Assembly (NCBI GenBank): GCA_964016885.1
Contig: OZ024740.1
Span: 158,286,001-158,350,000 of the forward strand
Origin: Eledone cirrhosa
Taxonomy: Eukaryota
Direction of reading: 5' to 3'
DNA length: 64,000 bases
In this document: piece after piece, positions 44,991 to 62,273 of the stretch
How the letters are laid out: each line of letters opens with the position of its first letter
Position numbering within the stretch: position 1 is the stretch's first letter
Position numbers and translations under genes: made by a program
The notes under the pieces: model-generated
Told to the model about the DNA's origin: nothing
What the model saw: only the letters and a program-made list of their open reading frames with translations
The model's database searches: none

Positions 44991-45410
44991 TAAAAATAAA
45001 AAAATAAAAATAAGTTTTTCACCTATTTTTTTACCTATTTTTTACCTACTCTTACCTAATCCCATTATCTTATCTACTCTTGTCTGTTCTCTTATCCATG
45101 TGTCTACTCTTGTCTGTTCTCTTATCCATGTGTATGCTTGTATGTAACTATATGTTGACAGCACCCCGCCCAACTGTGACTGATAGCACCCCTTAGTTTT
45201 ATTTTTATTTTTATTTTTACTTTTATTTTTATTCTTATCCTTTATCGTCTATTATTACCTTTCATTCTTCAATGTCTTGGATTTGTTATTGCATGTATGG
45301 TATGTAATTAACCTTTATGCTCTGATGAGTCCCACTTATAGTGCGGATGAAACAATGTTAGCAAGTAAAGATATGCATATGCTATAAGCGTTCTTTGTTA
45401 TTTATTATAT
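44468..45410. mobile_element. Foldback element (arms 44559-45410, tail on the left) with HHRs at 44606-44651 (-) and 45318-45363 (+)
   Basis: tgct CTGATGA GTCC CAC ttata GTG c GGAT GAAAC aat GTT agca. Confidence 0.88.
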
Positions 45411-45418
45411 ATATATAC

Positions 45419-45470
<52 letters not shown>

Positions 45471-45477
45471 TATATAC

Positions 45478-45662
<185 letters not shown>

Positions 45663-46003
45663 CATATATATACATATACATATATATACATATACATACA
45701 TATACATATATATATATATATATATATACATATATATACATATACATATATATATAGATATATATATATATATACATATATACATACATATAGATATATA
45801 TATATATATATATATACATATATATACATATACATATATATATAGATATATATATATATATACATATATATATACATACATATATATATATACATATATA
45901 TACATATATATATAGATATATATATATATATACATATATATATACATACATATATATATATACATATATATACATATATATATATACATATATATCTATA
46001 TAC

Positions 46004-46042
<39 letters not shown>

Positions 46043-46100
46043 CATATATATTTATATACATATATATTTATATACATATATATTTATATACATATATATT

Positions 46101-46148
<48 letters not shown>

Positions 46149-46274
46149 TATATAGGAACCAGTAAGACCCCGACAGCTGAGCTCAAGCCGTTTCGACGGC
46201 TAATTCTGGACCAAGTATTGAGTACTTTGGTGCGTTATGGTCCACCTGGTTCCTTACCACATTTCCTTCGTTAC

Positions 46275-46307
<33 letters not shown>

Positions 46308-46395
46308 CATATATATATATACATATATATATATACATAATATATATATATATATACATGTATATATATATACATATATATATATATACATCTAC

Positions 46396-46456
<61 letters not shown>

Positions 46457-46463
46457 CATATAC

Positions 46464-46534
<71 letters not shown>

Positions 46535-46609
46535 CATATACATATATATATACATATATATATATACATATATATATATACATATATATACATATACATA
46601 TATATATAC

Positions 46610-46641
<32 letters not shown>

Positions 46642-46767
46642 ATATACATATATATACATATACATATATATATACATATATATATATATACATATACATA
46701 TATATATATACATATATATATATACATATATATATATACATATATATACATATACATATATATATAC

Positions 46768-46798
<31 letters not shown>

Positions 46799-46866
46799 CA
46801 TACATATATATATATACATATATATATACATATATATATATATATACATATATATCTATATACATA

Positions 46867-46911
<45 letters not shown>

Positions 46912-46943
46912 TATTTATATACATACATATATATTTATATACA

Positions 46944-47013
<70 letters not shown>

Positions 47014-47026
47014 CATATATATATAC

Positions 47027-47111
<85 letters not shown>

Positions 47112-47220
47112 TAAATACATATATATATATATACATATACATATATATATATACATATATATATATACATATATATACATATACATATATATATACATAT
47201 ACATATATATATACATATAC

Positions 47221-47283
<63 letters not shown>

Positions 47284-47344
47284 CATACATATATATATAT
47301 ACATATATATATACATATATATATATATATACATATATATATAC

Positions 47345-47379
<35 letters not shown>

Positions 47380-47556
47380 CATATATATTTATATACATAT
47401 ATATTTGTATACATATATATCTATATACATATTTCGTTTCTGAATTTGTTTAGCAAGATTCTTTATCTGAAATCGTGTGTTGAAACCGATATTTTCATTG
47501 AAAAATGGCGTAGGATAGAAGAAAGGAAAGGCACAGAAACGAAGAAAGAAATCCCC

Positions 47557-47599
47557 AGTCACTGAAGAGGTCACAGAGTGTGACGAAAGAACTATGACT
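47557..47599 (+). ncRNA. Minimal hammerhead in a ~350-bp element (about 47430-47760)
   Basis: agtca CTGAAGA g GTCAC agagt GTGAC GAAAG aa CTA tgact. The tail ATGACCCTCCC..TATAACAATA is shared with about 41640-41700. Confidence 0.75.
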
Positions 47600-47759
47600 A
47601 TATATATATAAACAACTATCTGGTTGTGGAACCAACCAACCAACCAGAAATTTATAAATTTGTAAATTTATAAATATTTAATAAATTAAATTGAAGTGAA
47701 AGCAACTGGTGCGTGTGTTTCTTATTGGCAACATGACCCTCCCAAAGTATAACAATATC

Positions 47760-47833
<74 letters not shown>

Positions 47834-47842
47834 TATTTATAT

Positions 47843-47987
<145 letters not shown>

Positions 47988-48016
47988 CATATATATTTAT
48001 ATACATATATATATAT

Positions 48017-48070
<54 letters not shown>

Positions 48071-48083
48071 CATATATATATAC

Positions 48084-48146
<63 letters not shown>

Positions 48147-48338
48147 CATATACATATATATATATACATATATATATATATACATATATATACATATACA
48201 TATATATATACATATATATATATATACATATACACATATATATATACATATATATACATATACATATATATATACATATACATATATATATACATATACA
48301 TATATATATACATATATATATATATATACATATATATC

Positions 48339-48378
<40 letters not shown>

Positions 48379-48398
48379 TATTTATATACATATATATT

Positions 48399-48459
<61 letters not shown>

Positions 48460-48596
48460 TTATATATATATTTATATATATATATATTTATATATATATT
48501 TATATATATATTTATATATATATATTTATATATATATATATATACATATATATTTATATATATATATATATTTATATATATATTTATATATATATT

Positions 48597-48694
<98 letters not shown>

Positions 48695-48843
48695 TTTATA
48701 TATATATATATATATATATACATATATTTATATATATATATTATATATATATACATATATTTATATATATATATATATATATATACATATATTTATATAT
48801 ATATATATACATATATTTATATATATATATATATATATACATA

Positions 48844-48881
<38 letters not shown>

Positions 48882-48883
48882 TT

Positions 48884-48915
<32 letters not shown>

Positions 48916-48969
48916 TTTATATATATATATATATACATATATTTATATATATATATATATACATATATT

Positions 48970-49001
<32 letters not shown>

Positions 49002-49132
49002 TTTATATATATATATATATATATATACATATATTTATATATATATATATATATATATACATATATTTATATATATATATATATATATATACATATATTT
49101 ATATATATAATATATATATATATATATACATA

Positions 49133-49170
<38 letters not shown>

Positions 49171-49256
49171 TTTATATATATATATATATATATATACATA
49201 TATTTATATATATATATATACATATATTTATATATATATATATATATATATACATA

Positions 49257-49330
<74 letters not shown>

Positions 49331-49384
49331 TTTATATATATATATATATACATATATTTATATATATATATATATACATATATT

Positions 49385-49416
<32 letters not shown>

Positions 49417-49478
49417 TTTATATATATATATATATATATATACATATATTTATATATATATATATATATATATACATA

Positions 49479-49516
<38 letters not shown>

Positions 49517-49578
49517 TTTATATATATATATATAATATATATATACATATATTTATATATATATATATATATATATAC

Positions 49579-49682
<104 letters not shown>

Positions 49683-49688
49683 TTTATA

Positions 49689-49722
<34 letters not shown>

Positions 49723-49964
49723 GACACAACCTGGACATTATTTTCCCAATTTGTAGAAAACTTATAATGAAACCATCGTTTGGAAAGAGAGATGTATTTT
49801 AATTATGTCTCTTATAAAATAAACTGGCTATCCGCAAAATACGTATAATTAGCACCGCAAACGTATAATTGGAATTATACTAAGGTATATCATAATGTTT
49901 GTTGAGTGAGACGGAAGCCGGTCGGAGTATTGCTTAAAGCTTTCTCTGTTTATGTATTAAATAT

Positions 49965-50240
49965 ATCATCATCATCATCATCATCGTTTAACGTCCGTGT
50001 TCCACGCTTGCATGGGTTTGGACGGGAGTTTTCCCACTTGAGGCATAGGACTGTCTGGCGGGTTTTCTACAGCTGGATGCCCTTCCTAACAGCAACCACA
50101 TTTACAGTGTGGGTCTGGGAGGTTTTTACCGTGTTGCCTACACGGCCACATTACAGCGTGGACTGTGTGTTTTTTTGTCGTGTTTTTTTGTCGTGTCACC
50201 TACACGATCTCATTTGTTTCGGCCTGGATGTTGTGGCACC
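49965..50240 (-). mobile_element. SINE 3' part with a (TGA)n tail
   Basis: (TCA)nTCGTTTAACGTCCG...CTGGATGCCCTTCCTAAC, which resembles abundant octopus SINEs as I recall them. Confidence 0.6.
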
Positions 50241-50315
50241 AACATATATATATATACTCATATATATGTGTGTGTGTGTGTGCGTGTGTATTTGTGTATA
50301 CATAAATGTCTGTAG

Positions 50316-50349
<34 letters not shown>

Positions 50350-50609
50350 AAAAAATACAATGAACTAAGGGTAGAGAGTCAGTGTGAGAGAAAGAGTCAG
50401 ACAGAGTGTTTCATCTTACGTTTAATCTATATCTATGAAAATGAGACTCGCTCTAATATTTTATGGCATTTTTACAATTTATGTGAATAACTTTACTACC
50501 AAAAACGATAAATTTCAAATTTTATTAACTGTAACCTCCTCTTTTGGGGGAAAATGTCACTACTTCAGAATTTTTATTACTTGTTTTCATAACTTCACTA
50601 AAAGATGAT

Positions 50610-50880
50610 TCTCTCTGTGCCCCTTTCCACCTCTCCCCCTCTCTCTTTCTCCTCTCTTTCTCTCCCACCTCTCTCTTATTCTCCTCCCCCTCTCTTTCTT
50701 CTCTCTTTTCTCTCCTCCTCTCTATTTTCTCTTTCTCTCTTTCTCTCCCCCTCTCTCTTTCTCCTCCTCACTTTCTCTCCCCTCTCTCTCTTTCTCCTCC
50801 TCTCTTTCGCTCTCCCTTTTCTCTTTCTCCCTCACCTTTCCCACTCTTTCTCTCTCATTTAAAGTTCCTCACTCTCCTAT
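50610..50880. repeat. Polypyrimidine (CT-rich) tract
   Basis: Direct reading. Confidence 0.9.
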
Positions 50881-51156
50881 GCCTCTTTATCACTTGTACT
50901 CTTTATTTTTCATGTTATATGTATATATATATTCCGTTTGTTATTCATTGTTACTGTTATCTATTGTAATTGGCATACAAGCGGTCACAATTCTATCCAT
51001 GGTGGTTATCCCTAATATTGTAATTCAGTTTACTCTCGTACCCGAAATTCATTTCTCACATTATCAAGTGTATAAGGACTACCTCGAAGTTTTTTTAACT
51101 TGAGCTGCTTAGGTGCAAATACAACTCCTATGTATTACTCTACATATATATACACG

Positions 51157-51226
<70 letters not shown>

Positions 51227-51837
51227 CATCTGGTGGCTGCCAACTCGTTTTCGAGTACAGCCACTACTTTATATCCATGTAGGAGAACCCCTACCGATGC
51301 GCTGAACGAGTGAGACTTTTTAGTCCAGCCAGCGACTTGAAAACTCTGGTACAAACACTACACTTCTGAGAATTATTGACACATAGTGCTGGGCCCATGG
51401 TACCATGTGATGACAAGTGCAGAGAGATCTCCAGATATAAGGCAATGCCTGTGCCGTGAAGCTTTTATAGTGAGCAAAGGCTCTGCACAAAGCCAGTCCC
51501 ACTCTCTTAACCAAGATGATATTTACCAAAAAGAAGAACAAGTCAACATCATTGGATACCATCAGGGTTGCAGGTGTTATATCAGAGTTTTCCTTCTCCT
51601 AGAATTCTGCCTTGACAAAGGCTAAGGGGTCATCTCTCCCAGTGATTTTGGATGGCCATTGACTCTTTAGAGCTCCTTTGCCCTTTGACAGGTGTTTAGT
51701 CCTGCAGGATGTCCAAAGTCACCCTCCTCACCAAGAAACCTTGGTGGGGTTGCCAGTTTAGTCGCCAACGACCCGAACATGGGACAGGTTGTACTGGGAT
51801 ACATGTTACCAGTAGCACCATCTGGTGACCTGACATA

Positions 51838-53378
<1,541 letters not shown>

Positions 53379-53514
53379 AATTTAAACGATATATAAAATA
53401 AATATTTTTCGTATATCTGTTTTAGAAACAACTAGTATTATGTACATACATATAGAATGACAAATAATAAATGTACTCACTGAAAAAATAATCATGCCAA
53501 AATTCTCTAAAGTT

Positions 53515-53649
53515 CACTTATACGGCCGTTTCACGATAAACTCCAGAATATGATGCCTATAACCGATCTAATGATTGGGCTCAATCAGCAATCATCGATC
53601 TTAGTATCAAGCATCATGAAGACCAGGGAACTTCATTCGTCAGTAAGTG
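53515..53649 (-). ncRNA. Hammerhead with a 104-nt stem II
   Basis: Reverse complement: cactta CTGACGA [104-nt hairpin] GAAAC ggcc GTA taagtg. Confidence 0.8.
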
Positions 53650-53911
53650 TTTAATGTCTTACTCTATATATCCCACTCTGTACATTAAATAGGTACCTGC
53701 CTAAGTAAGACGATCGAATAAAGCCGCATGGTGTTAAACTGTAATATCTGCCTTCTAAAAGAAGATAGGTTTACACCATGTGGTTTTAGTTGATCGTGTT
53801 ACTCAGGCAGGTAGCTAAACGTTAAGACCTTCTTCCTGCTATATCAAGTGTTAACCTAATATATCCCTTCCATATACTGTACCGATTGTGTTGTTATTTC
53901 TGTTTACCTTT

Positions 53912-53961
<50 letters not shown>

Positions 53962-53984
53962 TATATATATATATATATATATAA

Positions 53985-55085
53985 AGTATATATACGTACA
54001 TACATATATGTATACAGACGTACAGTAGTATGTATATATATATACATACATGCACACATATATATATGTACGTATGGATTTACCGAACATTTATTATAAT
54101 GCTTGGTTTGTTTGTAAACAAACATCCCGAATTAAGCCATACAGTGTTTAGCAACCATCGTTGCCCTTTTGTTCAACACTGACAAAGGAACGATGTACTA
54201 GTTTCAAGCTTATTAGCTATCGTCAGCACCATATACCTTCCTGTCAGATGATTGAACGTCTGAAAGTATATACTTTCCTTATGCATATTAACGGCTGAGT
54301 AGCCTAATTTACATATCGAGTGAGTTAATCGGCCGGGCGCACCAAAAACGATAAATAGAAAAAATGAAACGAAATTTCATTTCCAACTCTTAGTACAGCT
54401 GTTACTTAAATATAAGTATGTATACGTACATACATATATGTATACAGGCGTACAGTAGTATGTATACATATACATACATGCACACATATAGATATGTACG
54501 TATGGATTTACCGAACATTTATTATAATGCTCGGTTTGTTTGTAAACAAAAATCCCGAATTAAGTCGTACAGTCTTTAGCAACCATGGTTGCCCTTTTTG
54601 TTCAACACTGACAAAGGAACGATGTACTAGTTTCAAGCTTATTAGTTATCGTCAGCACCGTATACCTTCTTGCCAGATGAACAAAAGGGCAACGATGGTT
54701 TCTAAACACTGTACGGCTTAATTCGGGATGTTTGTTTACAAACAAACCGAGCATTATAATAAATGTTAGGTAAATCCATACGTACATATATATATATATG
54801 TGTGCATGTATGGATATATATACATACTACTGTACGTCTGTATACATATATGTATGTACGTATTCATACTTATATTTAAGTAACAGCCGTACTAAGAGTG
54901 AGAAATGAAATTTCGTTTAATTTTTTTCCATTTATATATATATATATACTTAAATATATACTTAAATATAAGTATGTATACGTACATACATATATGTATA
55001 CAGACGTACAGTAGTATGTATATATACACATACATGCACACATAAAGATATGTACGTATGGATTTACCGAATATTTATTATAATG
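53985..55085 (-). mobile_element. Tandem and inverted array of a ~429-bp HHR-containing unit
   Basis: HHRs at 54192-54230 and 54621-54659 (reverse complement ggtg CTGACGA T AGCT aata AGCT T GAAAC ta GTA catc). Inverted partial copy at about 54677-54930. Confidence 0.85.
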
Positions 55086-56953
55086 GGATAAGCAAAGATG
55101 AATATAACGACCTGATTTTGAAAGAACTTAGGAAAAGTTACAAAAAATCCCCGGCTGAGGATCTTACTGAAATTAATGAAGAAGCCTATAAATTAATTAC
55201 CAATTTAGGAATACAAGCAAGAACTGGGCCATTCTTACCTAGACAGCCGAGGATTAACCTGAAGGGTCATAAAAGAAACTTTAAGGAAGAGATGCCAGTT
55301 ACTCCTATATCCGATTGCTCCATCGAAATCGGATATAGGAGTAATCAGTAAAAACATCATAGATAGAATATTACCCACTCTTAAATTGAGATCTAGTTTG
55401 AGCTTATGGAAAGATACAAACGAGGTCATTGAATGGTACATGAATATTGAAGATAAGAAAAACTATAAATTCATCCAGATGGATATTACTAACTACTATT
55501 CTTTTATAACACCTAAACTTCTAAATAAGGCCCTCTCATATGCTTATTAGCATACTGATCTAACCTCAGATGAAATAGATATAGTTTGAACAGCCAGAAG
55601 AACTCTCATTAACTTCAATAATGAATTTTGGACCCGCTCAGATAGAGATAGAAACTTTGATATCACTATGGGGTCATCTGATTCCGCGCAAATCACAGAT
55701 CTTCTGGGAATTTTCATATTAAACATGATAAATAGAAAACTGCCGGAGATTACCGGAGGTTTATATAGGGACGACATTTTATTTACGGTGGTCAAACACA
55801 ACAATATAGAACTAAATAGAGTTAAGAAAAGTATAATAGAATTCTTTAAAACGTACGACCTTAAACTAGAAGTAGAAAATGGTACCAAAATAGTTAATTT
55901 CCTTGTTACCTTTAACTTAAACACTGGCTTCTATTACTCTTTTCATAAGCCTAATGAACACTTAAACTATGTTGGTAACTATTCAAATCACCCTAGATCT
56001 GTAAAAAAAAAGCTATAGTAAATAGTGTGAAAAACGTATTAATAAAATATCAGCTAATAAAGATATTTTAGATAAAAACGCTGAATACTACAACAACACG
56101 TTAAAAAGAGCAGGATATATGAATAATATAGAATATGTAGATAATAATAATCCAAGTATTATAAAAATAATAACATATATAAGAGAAACTCTAATAATTA
56201 TAATTCAAACACCCATACGCTAAATAAATCGAGAATACGAACTAAATCTAAACCAGTCATATGGTTTGCACCGCCTGCTTCGGTCGCAGTTAAAACACCA
56301 ATTGCAAAATTATTCTTTAAAGCTCTTGACACCTCTTTCCCTACTCAACATAAATACCATTCCATTTTTAATAGACATACCATTAAATTCTCAAATTCTA
56401 CAACCAGTAATATGGCCCAAAACATTGCCAAATTAAACGCCTAAAACCAAACCAACATAATGATCATAATAATAGAGTTAACATAAATGATACTAAACCA
56501 AAATGTAATTGTAGAAATAAAACTAATTGCCCTTTGCAAAATAATTGTTTAGATAGTAATTTGGTTTATAAATGCACCGTAAAAACTGATCACAAAACAT
56601 ACAACTACATAGGATCGACCTCGTCCACATTCAAAGCCCGTTTTGCGAACCATAAAAGCTCATTTTCGAACTCTAAGAGGAAATCATCCACGTCTTTATC
56701 ACAGCTCATATGGTCATTAAAAGAGAAGAATTTAAAATACTCCATTCTTTGGACAAAACTTCGGAACTGTGGAATTTACCGCAACTCTAGTATATCAAAT
56801 AACTGCCCGCTCTGTACAATGGAGACCCTGTTGATTATTAATAACTATGACACCCTAATTAACAAAAAAAAAGTGAATTATTCTCTAGTTGCCTCCATAA
56901 AGCTACATCCACTTTTTTAAGCCTCCCATAAAACGAGAAAAAAGACGCAATAA
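55082..56953 (+). pseudogene. Second PLE RT-GIY-YIG, disrupted; paralogous to 32897-34911
   Basis: MGSSDSAQITDLLG, GLYRDD, SNHP, LVYKC...YNYIG...RFANH, CPLC..E. AT-rich 3' region runs to about 58065. Confidence 0.88.
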
Positions 56954-57678
56954 CACCAAACCAATAACTCGGTTACCATGAATATATAATCAACAGTGAA
57001 AAACATTAATGGCCTTTAATATTGCTTTATTTTATAGCTATCTATAGAAGAAACAAAGCTCGAATGAATAACATTTGTTCAATAACATGCCGGAACATTG
57101 ATACACATAACATTATTTTGTTAACTTTGATCAATACCATCATTTCTTTATTTCTTTATTTCTCTATCTATCTTCCTATCTATGCTTATAATTTAGTATA
57201 ATACCTAATCCTTACATATTCACGGAATTTATCTCACTGTGAATTTTTAATACATTTTTTATCTATTTTAAATTTTAAATTTTAGTTTAATACCCAATCC
57301 ATAAATTTTTATGATACTTATCTATAACTGTGAATTTTTAATGAGTTTTTGATCTCTTATTTATAGTATAATATAATATAGTATATGCATATACTTCTTT
57401 TAAATATATTTACTGCACTTTAAAATCTAAAATTTAGGACAGATTCAAACTTATATATAAATGTGAATTTTTGCTGCGCTTTTGATCTCTTATTTATAAT
57501 ATAATGTATTATAATATGTATGTAGTTATATATTATATTTTATATATTCTTAAATATTTTTAAATATACCTACCACATTTCTATATATATGATTCAAATA
57601 TAGAGAAAATATCCAAACTAAAAATTATTATAGACATTATTTGAACTCTGAATTATCCATGCACTCATTATTGTTTCT

Positions 57679-57745
<67 letters not shown>

Positions 57746-58069
57746 TTAAATGTAACACAATGAACTCTACTTTATAAAATTATAACTGTTATCATTTACC
57801 TAAACTATACTACACTACTAATACTTAATATATATCTAAATATATACCTCCCTATATCTAATAATATGTTGATATCTTGGTTGAAGAATAATTAATACAT
57901 TTACACCCAGTTATACATAGGTGTATATTTATCCTTAACTATTATCCTTCAATCTATTATCTTATTTTATTTTTATCTTCGTCGTTATTATTTACCGTAA
58001 ACATACTGGCTCATTAATATATACCTATATACATAATAGTTATTTAAATATTTATAACGATAAGTACTT

Positions 58070-58590
58070 CAAAAGGCCGACAGAGCTTGGCTTGGAAATA
58101 AGTTCTCCTTCTTGCACTTGCGGTACGAGCAAGTGCGAAAAGTCGCAGCAAGGACAGTAAAGGCGTCCGAAGTTAAAACATAGGAGATGTTTTAGGTTAA
58201 ACTGGAATCTGACATCAGATCAGCAAATATAGCCCATCCGCCGTCTTTTCAATAAGAAGTCCTCCTACATGCTTGATATCAGAAATGTGTCTGGAGTTCC
58301 CCTATCTTGAAAGTATGTGTATAGAATTTAGAAAGAAAAAAAACAGCATCTTCTGATATGCACGAGGTGCATCTAGGAGCGGTGACTAATCTTTCGGCGG
58401 CTGAGGTCACAAGAGCAATTAAAGAGCTCAAATGTAGCAAGGCGGCTGAGTAGGATGAAATTCGACCCGAGTTCTTAAAAACCTTAAATAGCAAAGGTAT
58501 TCTCTGGCTGACTCGTGTGTGCCGGATAGTCTGGATCTCTGAAAGGTACATAAGCAATGGCAATCGGGAGGGACAATTCCAACTTTCAAT
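58070..58590 (+). mobile_element. RTE-like LINE fragment, pre-RT region
   Basis: EVTRAIKELKCSKAAE*DEIRPEFLKTL...WLTRVC. Confidence 0.65.
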
Positions 58591-58706
58591 TGCTAGTTCC
58601 ATATGCATATATCTGTTTTAAAAAAGGTAAAGGATCTTTATCTCTGAATGGGGTCTTATGGGCGCCGTCCTGACACTCGGCATGGCTTTGGTAACATATA
58701 CATAAA

Positions 58707-58839
58707 TATGAGGTAGCTAGATACATATCTTGAAAAATAATGTGTTTTATTTTGATATCATTGTATTATAAGAATATATAATACAATGATATCAAAATAA
58801 AACATTATTTTTCATCATATCTATCTAGCTACCTCACAT
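58707..58839. repeat. Short foldback
   Basis: TGAGGTAGCTAGATA...TTTTATTTTGATATCATTGTATTATA followed by its reverse complement. Confidence 0.8.
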
Positions 58840-58882
58840 TTATATATATGTACAGCACACACACATATGTATATATCCAATC

Positions 58883-59010
<128 letters not shown>

Positions 59011-59049
59011 CGGAGGTCATATTCAGTTGATTCAGGTTTATTTAAAACT

Positions 59050-59109
59050 CCGTTATACATATTTTTCACTGAGGGCTACCAGTTAAGATAGCCTGAGCTC
59101 TTCAGACGG
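59050..59109 (-). ncRNA. Hammerhead-like motif
   Basis: Reverse complement: ccgt CTGAAGA GCTca GGCTATC ttaact GGTAGCC ctcAGT GAAA aatatgt ATA acgg. Stem III is weak. Confidence 0.6.
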
Positions 59110-59345
59110 CAAAACCGAAAATAAACATTGAAACTTCCCAAGAAAACTTTGAATTTGGAAAAATTTTGAGTACGCTGAGATGCAACCGGTCCTAGCAGTG
59201 ATACCTATGATAGTTCCGTCAACTTATTATTTTCTCCCAACTAACAGATTTACAATGAGAGTAAGTTGAACAATTTTAACTCACAACCTTACGATTGTAA
59301 AGCCAACTCTCTAAACACTTAGCCACACACACATACACATTTATA

Positions 59346-59381
<36 letters not shown>

Positions 59382-59411
59382 CATACATACATACATACAT
59401 ACGCGCGCGCG

Positions 59412-59472
<61 letters not shown>

Positions 59473-62139
59473 TGTAAGTATGTGTATAGAATTGAGAAAG
59501 AAAAAAAAAGCTTGAAAATATAGCGGACTATTATCAGAATAAATATGACAGGTGTTAATATTTAAAAATGACTTCCACATTAAATAACTATGGAAAATAG
59601 AAAATTTTATATATCTTATTATTTGAATCTTATTATTTATTGCGTACGTGTTTGTGTTACGCTTGGTTACATTTATATGATTTCCTAAATCTTTTACAAC
59701 CACTCTTTCTCCTACATTCGTTCTCTCTATCTATCTCTCCCCTTCTCTCTTCGTTTAGACATTGCGATATGTTTTCATATATTTTGCATTGTTAAATGCC
59801 ATTCTCTCGTGAAAAAAGCACATTATAGAGCTTATGTAGCAAACTCCGAATGTTGCATGCATGAATATTATTATCATTTACCCATTATCATTTTTTAGAA
59901 AGGGCTGAAGGTGGCAGAATCGGTAGAGTGTCGAACCGGCGTTGTTGCAATAATGGGTATTTTATAATTGCCTTGTATTGTTATGTAAATTACCAACTAT
60001 AATATTGCGTAAGATCACGACTCTCCTGTGTACACAAAGATCCATTTATTCATAAAAAGCGGTTGAAACGACTTCATTAGTCGACAACTTTTGTTGTGTG
60101 AAAAGCATCGTTTGTAGTTTATAGGATATTGACCCCTTGAAATTATAGATTACAATATATATTTTTTGTAAATTCAAAAGTTGCTATAATAAATGATGTC
60201 CTCAATAAGAATCAACCCCCTATGTAAACTCTTTTGAAACCAAGCCACCTGAAATCTCATCTGGTTCTACAATAAAATACTATTTATTGTAAAGCGGTTA
60301 TATTTATGTAAAGTCATAATTTTATACAATAACCTTTGTTAATATATGCCCAAACATCAACCTAATAATGAGATAATTATATTACTAAAGCCCTTAAAAT
60401 TCTTCATTATATTTTTTTAATTATTGGAAAATAATAGTAGTGCTTTTTGTTAGAAATATGGTAACAAGGGGGTTAAAGACTAATTGTACTAGTGGAATTT
60501 GATAAATTCATTGTCTAGTTTGTAAAATATCTTAGATTTATGAAATCAGAGGAGAAAAATAAAATGGATTTATTTCTATTAAGTTTTGGACCTACAATAG
60601 CTGGTTACAATGTTGAAATAAAGTGGTCTTAAATTCAAAGGAGGAAGCTGAAAATAGCCTTAAATAGTATTCAACAGTAAATAAAAAAATAAAAAAACAT
60701 AAGTTCATTCCATCAACATTTCGTAGCTGCAATGAACGAATAAGACTACATTTGTTAAAACAACAGCTTGAACAACATATTAATAACTTTTCAGTTCTTA
60801 GGCAAATATCAAATTAATATAAATTGCTTGTCTCATTTACCATCAGGCGATTAAAGATTGTTTTTGTCAAGGACTTAATAAGCAAGCCCAATGAAAGACA
60901 GTTTGGCATAGCTTTATTTTGACTCATAAGGTTGGCAAAACATTTAAGTTACAGAGTACTATTTCTACATTCCAGGTGGAAGAGCTGTTAATGCTATGGA
61001 TAAGATCGCAAGGAATGACCATAAATCTTTCTGTTGCTACTGTAGGGAAATTCAATTTTGATTTCAAATTATTTTTTGATGTGGATCAAAAGCCTTATAT
61101 ATCGACAGTTGATAAACGATATACCAATTATAAGATGATAAACGACTTTGAAAAAGTGAGTCAGAAGCCAATAATTAGCTCTATCACAAGATATCGACTA
61201 CATTTATGACATTACCAGGGAAATGATTTATAGGTTAAGCACACAACCATTATGTTTGTATAGGTATAATCGATCATATTGACTCCAGTATTTGATTTGT
61301 ATTTATTTTACCAACCATACTATTTAATTAGTTCCTATTTTTTAAATCCTGGCAGAAAATCCGACATAAGCAGAATGTAAGCATGGATGTACTATCAAGT
61401 AACTGTTACAATTTGTGACAGTGTCTGCATGAATGTATGCTTAACATATATGTATGCATGCTTAACATATATGTACGGACCTGTAACACTGGATAAAGTC
61501 GTAGGTGCGTTATTATGATATCTTAAATATATTTTTAACCAGGTAAATCCCATCACTCTCCAAGTCTAAACAGAGTCGTTTTCTATCATAGACAATAAGA
61601 ACGTAAGAGAGAGAGACACAGAGAGAGAGTGTGTGTATGTGTGTGTGAAGGAAAAAGGGAGAAGGTAAAATTCGTGGACGCATCGAACCTAGTGAATGAA
61701 CTACTACTTTTTTATCGATCTCGAAAGGATGGAAGGCAAAGTTAACCATAGCGGAATTTGAACTCAGAGAGCCAGAAAGAAACCTGCAAAACATTTTTAA
61801 CTGACACTTTAATGACTCTGCCGCTTTGTCACACTGTCGTTTGTATATGTATTATGTATTTGTATAATATTATTATTTTGTTTAGCTCTAAGTCAGTAAG
61901 ATTTGAAGTCAATTGACATCAGTGAGATTTGAACTCAAAGTACAGAGAGCTGGGACTAATACAGCAAAGAAGTATATCCTATATTTTAATAAATCTACCA
62001 ATTCAAGGTCTATTAACATATATACACAAATGTAAATACCAAGTCCAATTTTAAAATGTTTTTGTTATTTTCATGCATACTATATATAATCCGTAACAAA
62101 TTAACATTATAAGGTGCCCTACATCGTTAAAAATAGACT

Positions 62140-62191
<52 letters not shown>

Positions 62192-62219
62192 GGTTGTTCT
62201 TCCTATTCCGTATAACCAT

Positions 62220-62273
62220 CACCATTACGAGCTGAGGATCCGCTAAGGTGAAACAATTGTTCTCAGTATGGTG
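62220..62273 (+). ncRNA. Minimal hammerhead in a ~105-bp island (62191-62296)
   Basis: caccattacgag CTGAGGA T CC gctaa GG T GAAAC aatt GTT ctcagtatggtg. Confidence 0.75.

Noticed and set aside
60120-60477. Possible piggyBac-like non-autonomous element ending GGGGGTTAA
   Set aside because: Could not confidently identify a matching left TIR.
60919-61209. 96-aa ORF with a possible splice acceptor near 60976
   Set aside because: No recognisable domain or partner exons. A host exon cannot be excluded without RNA-seq.
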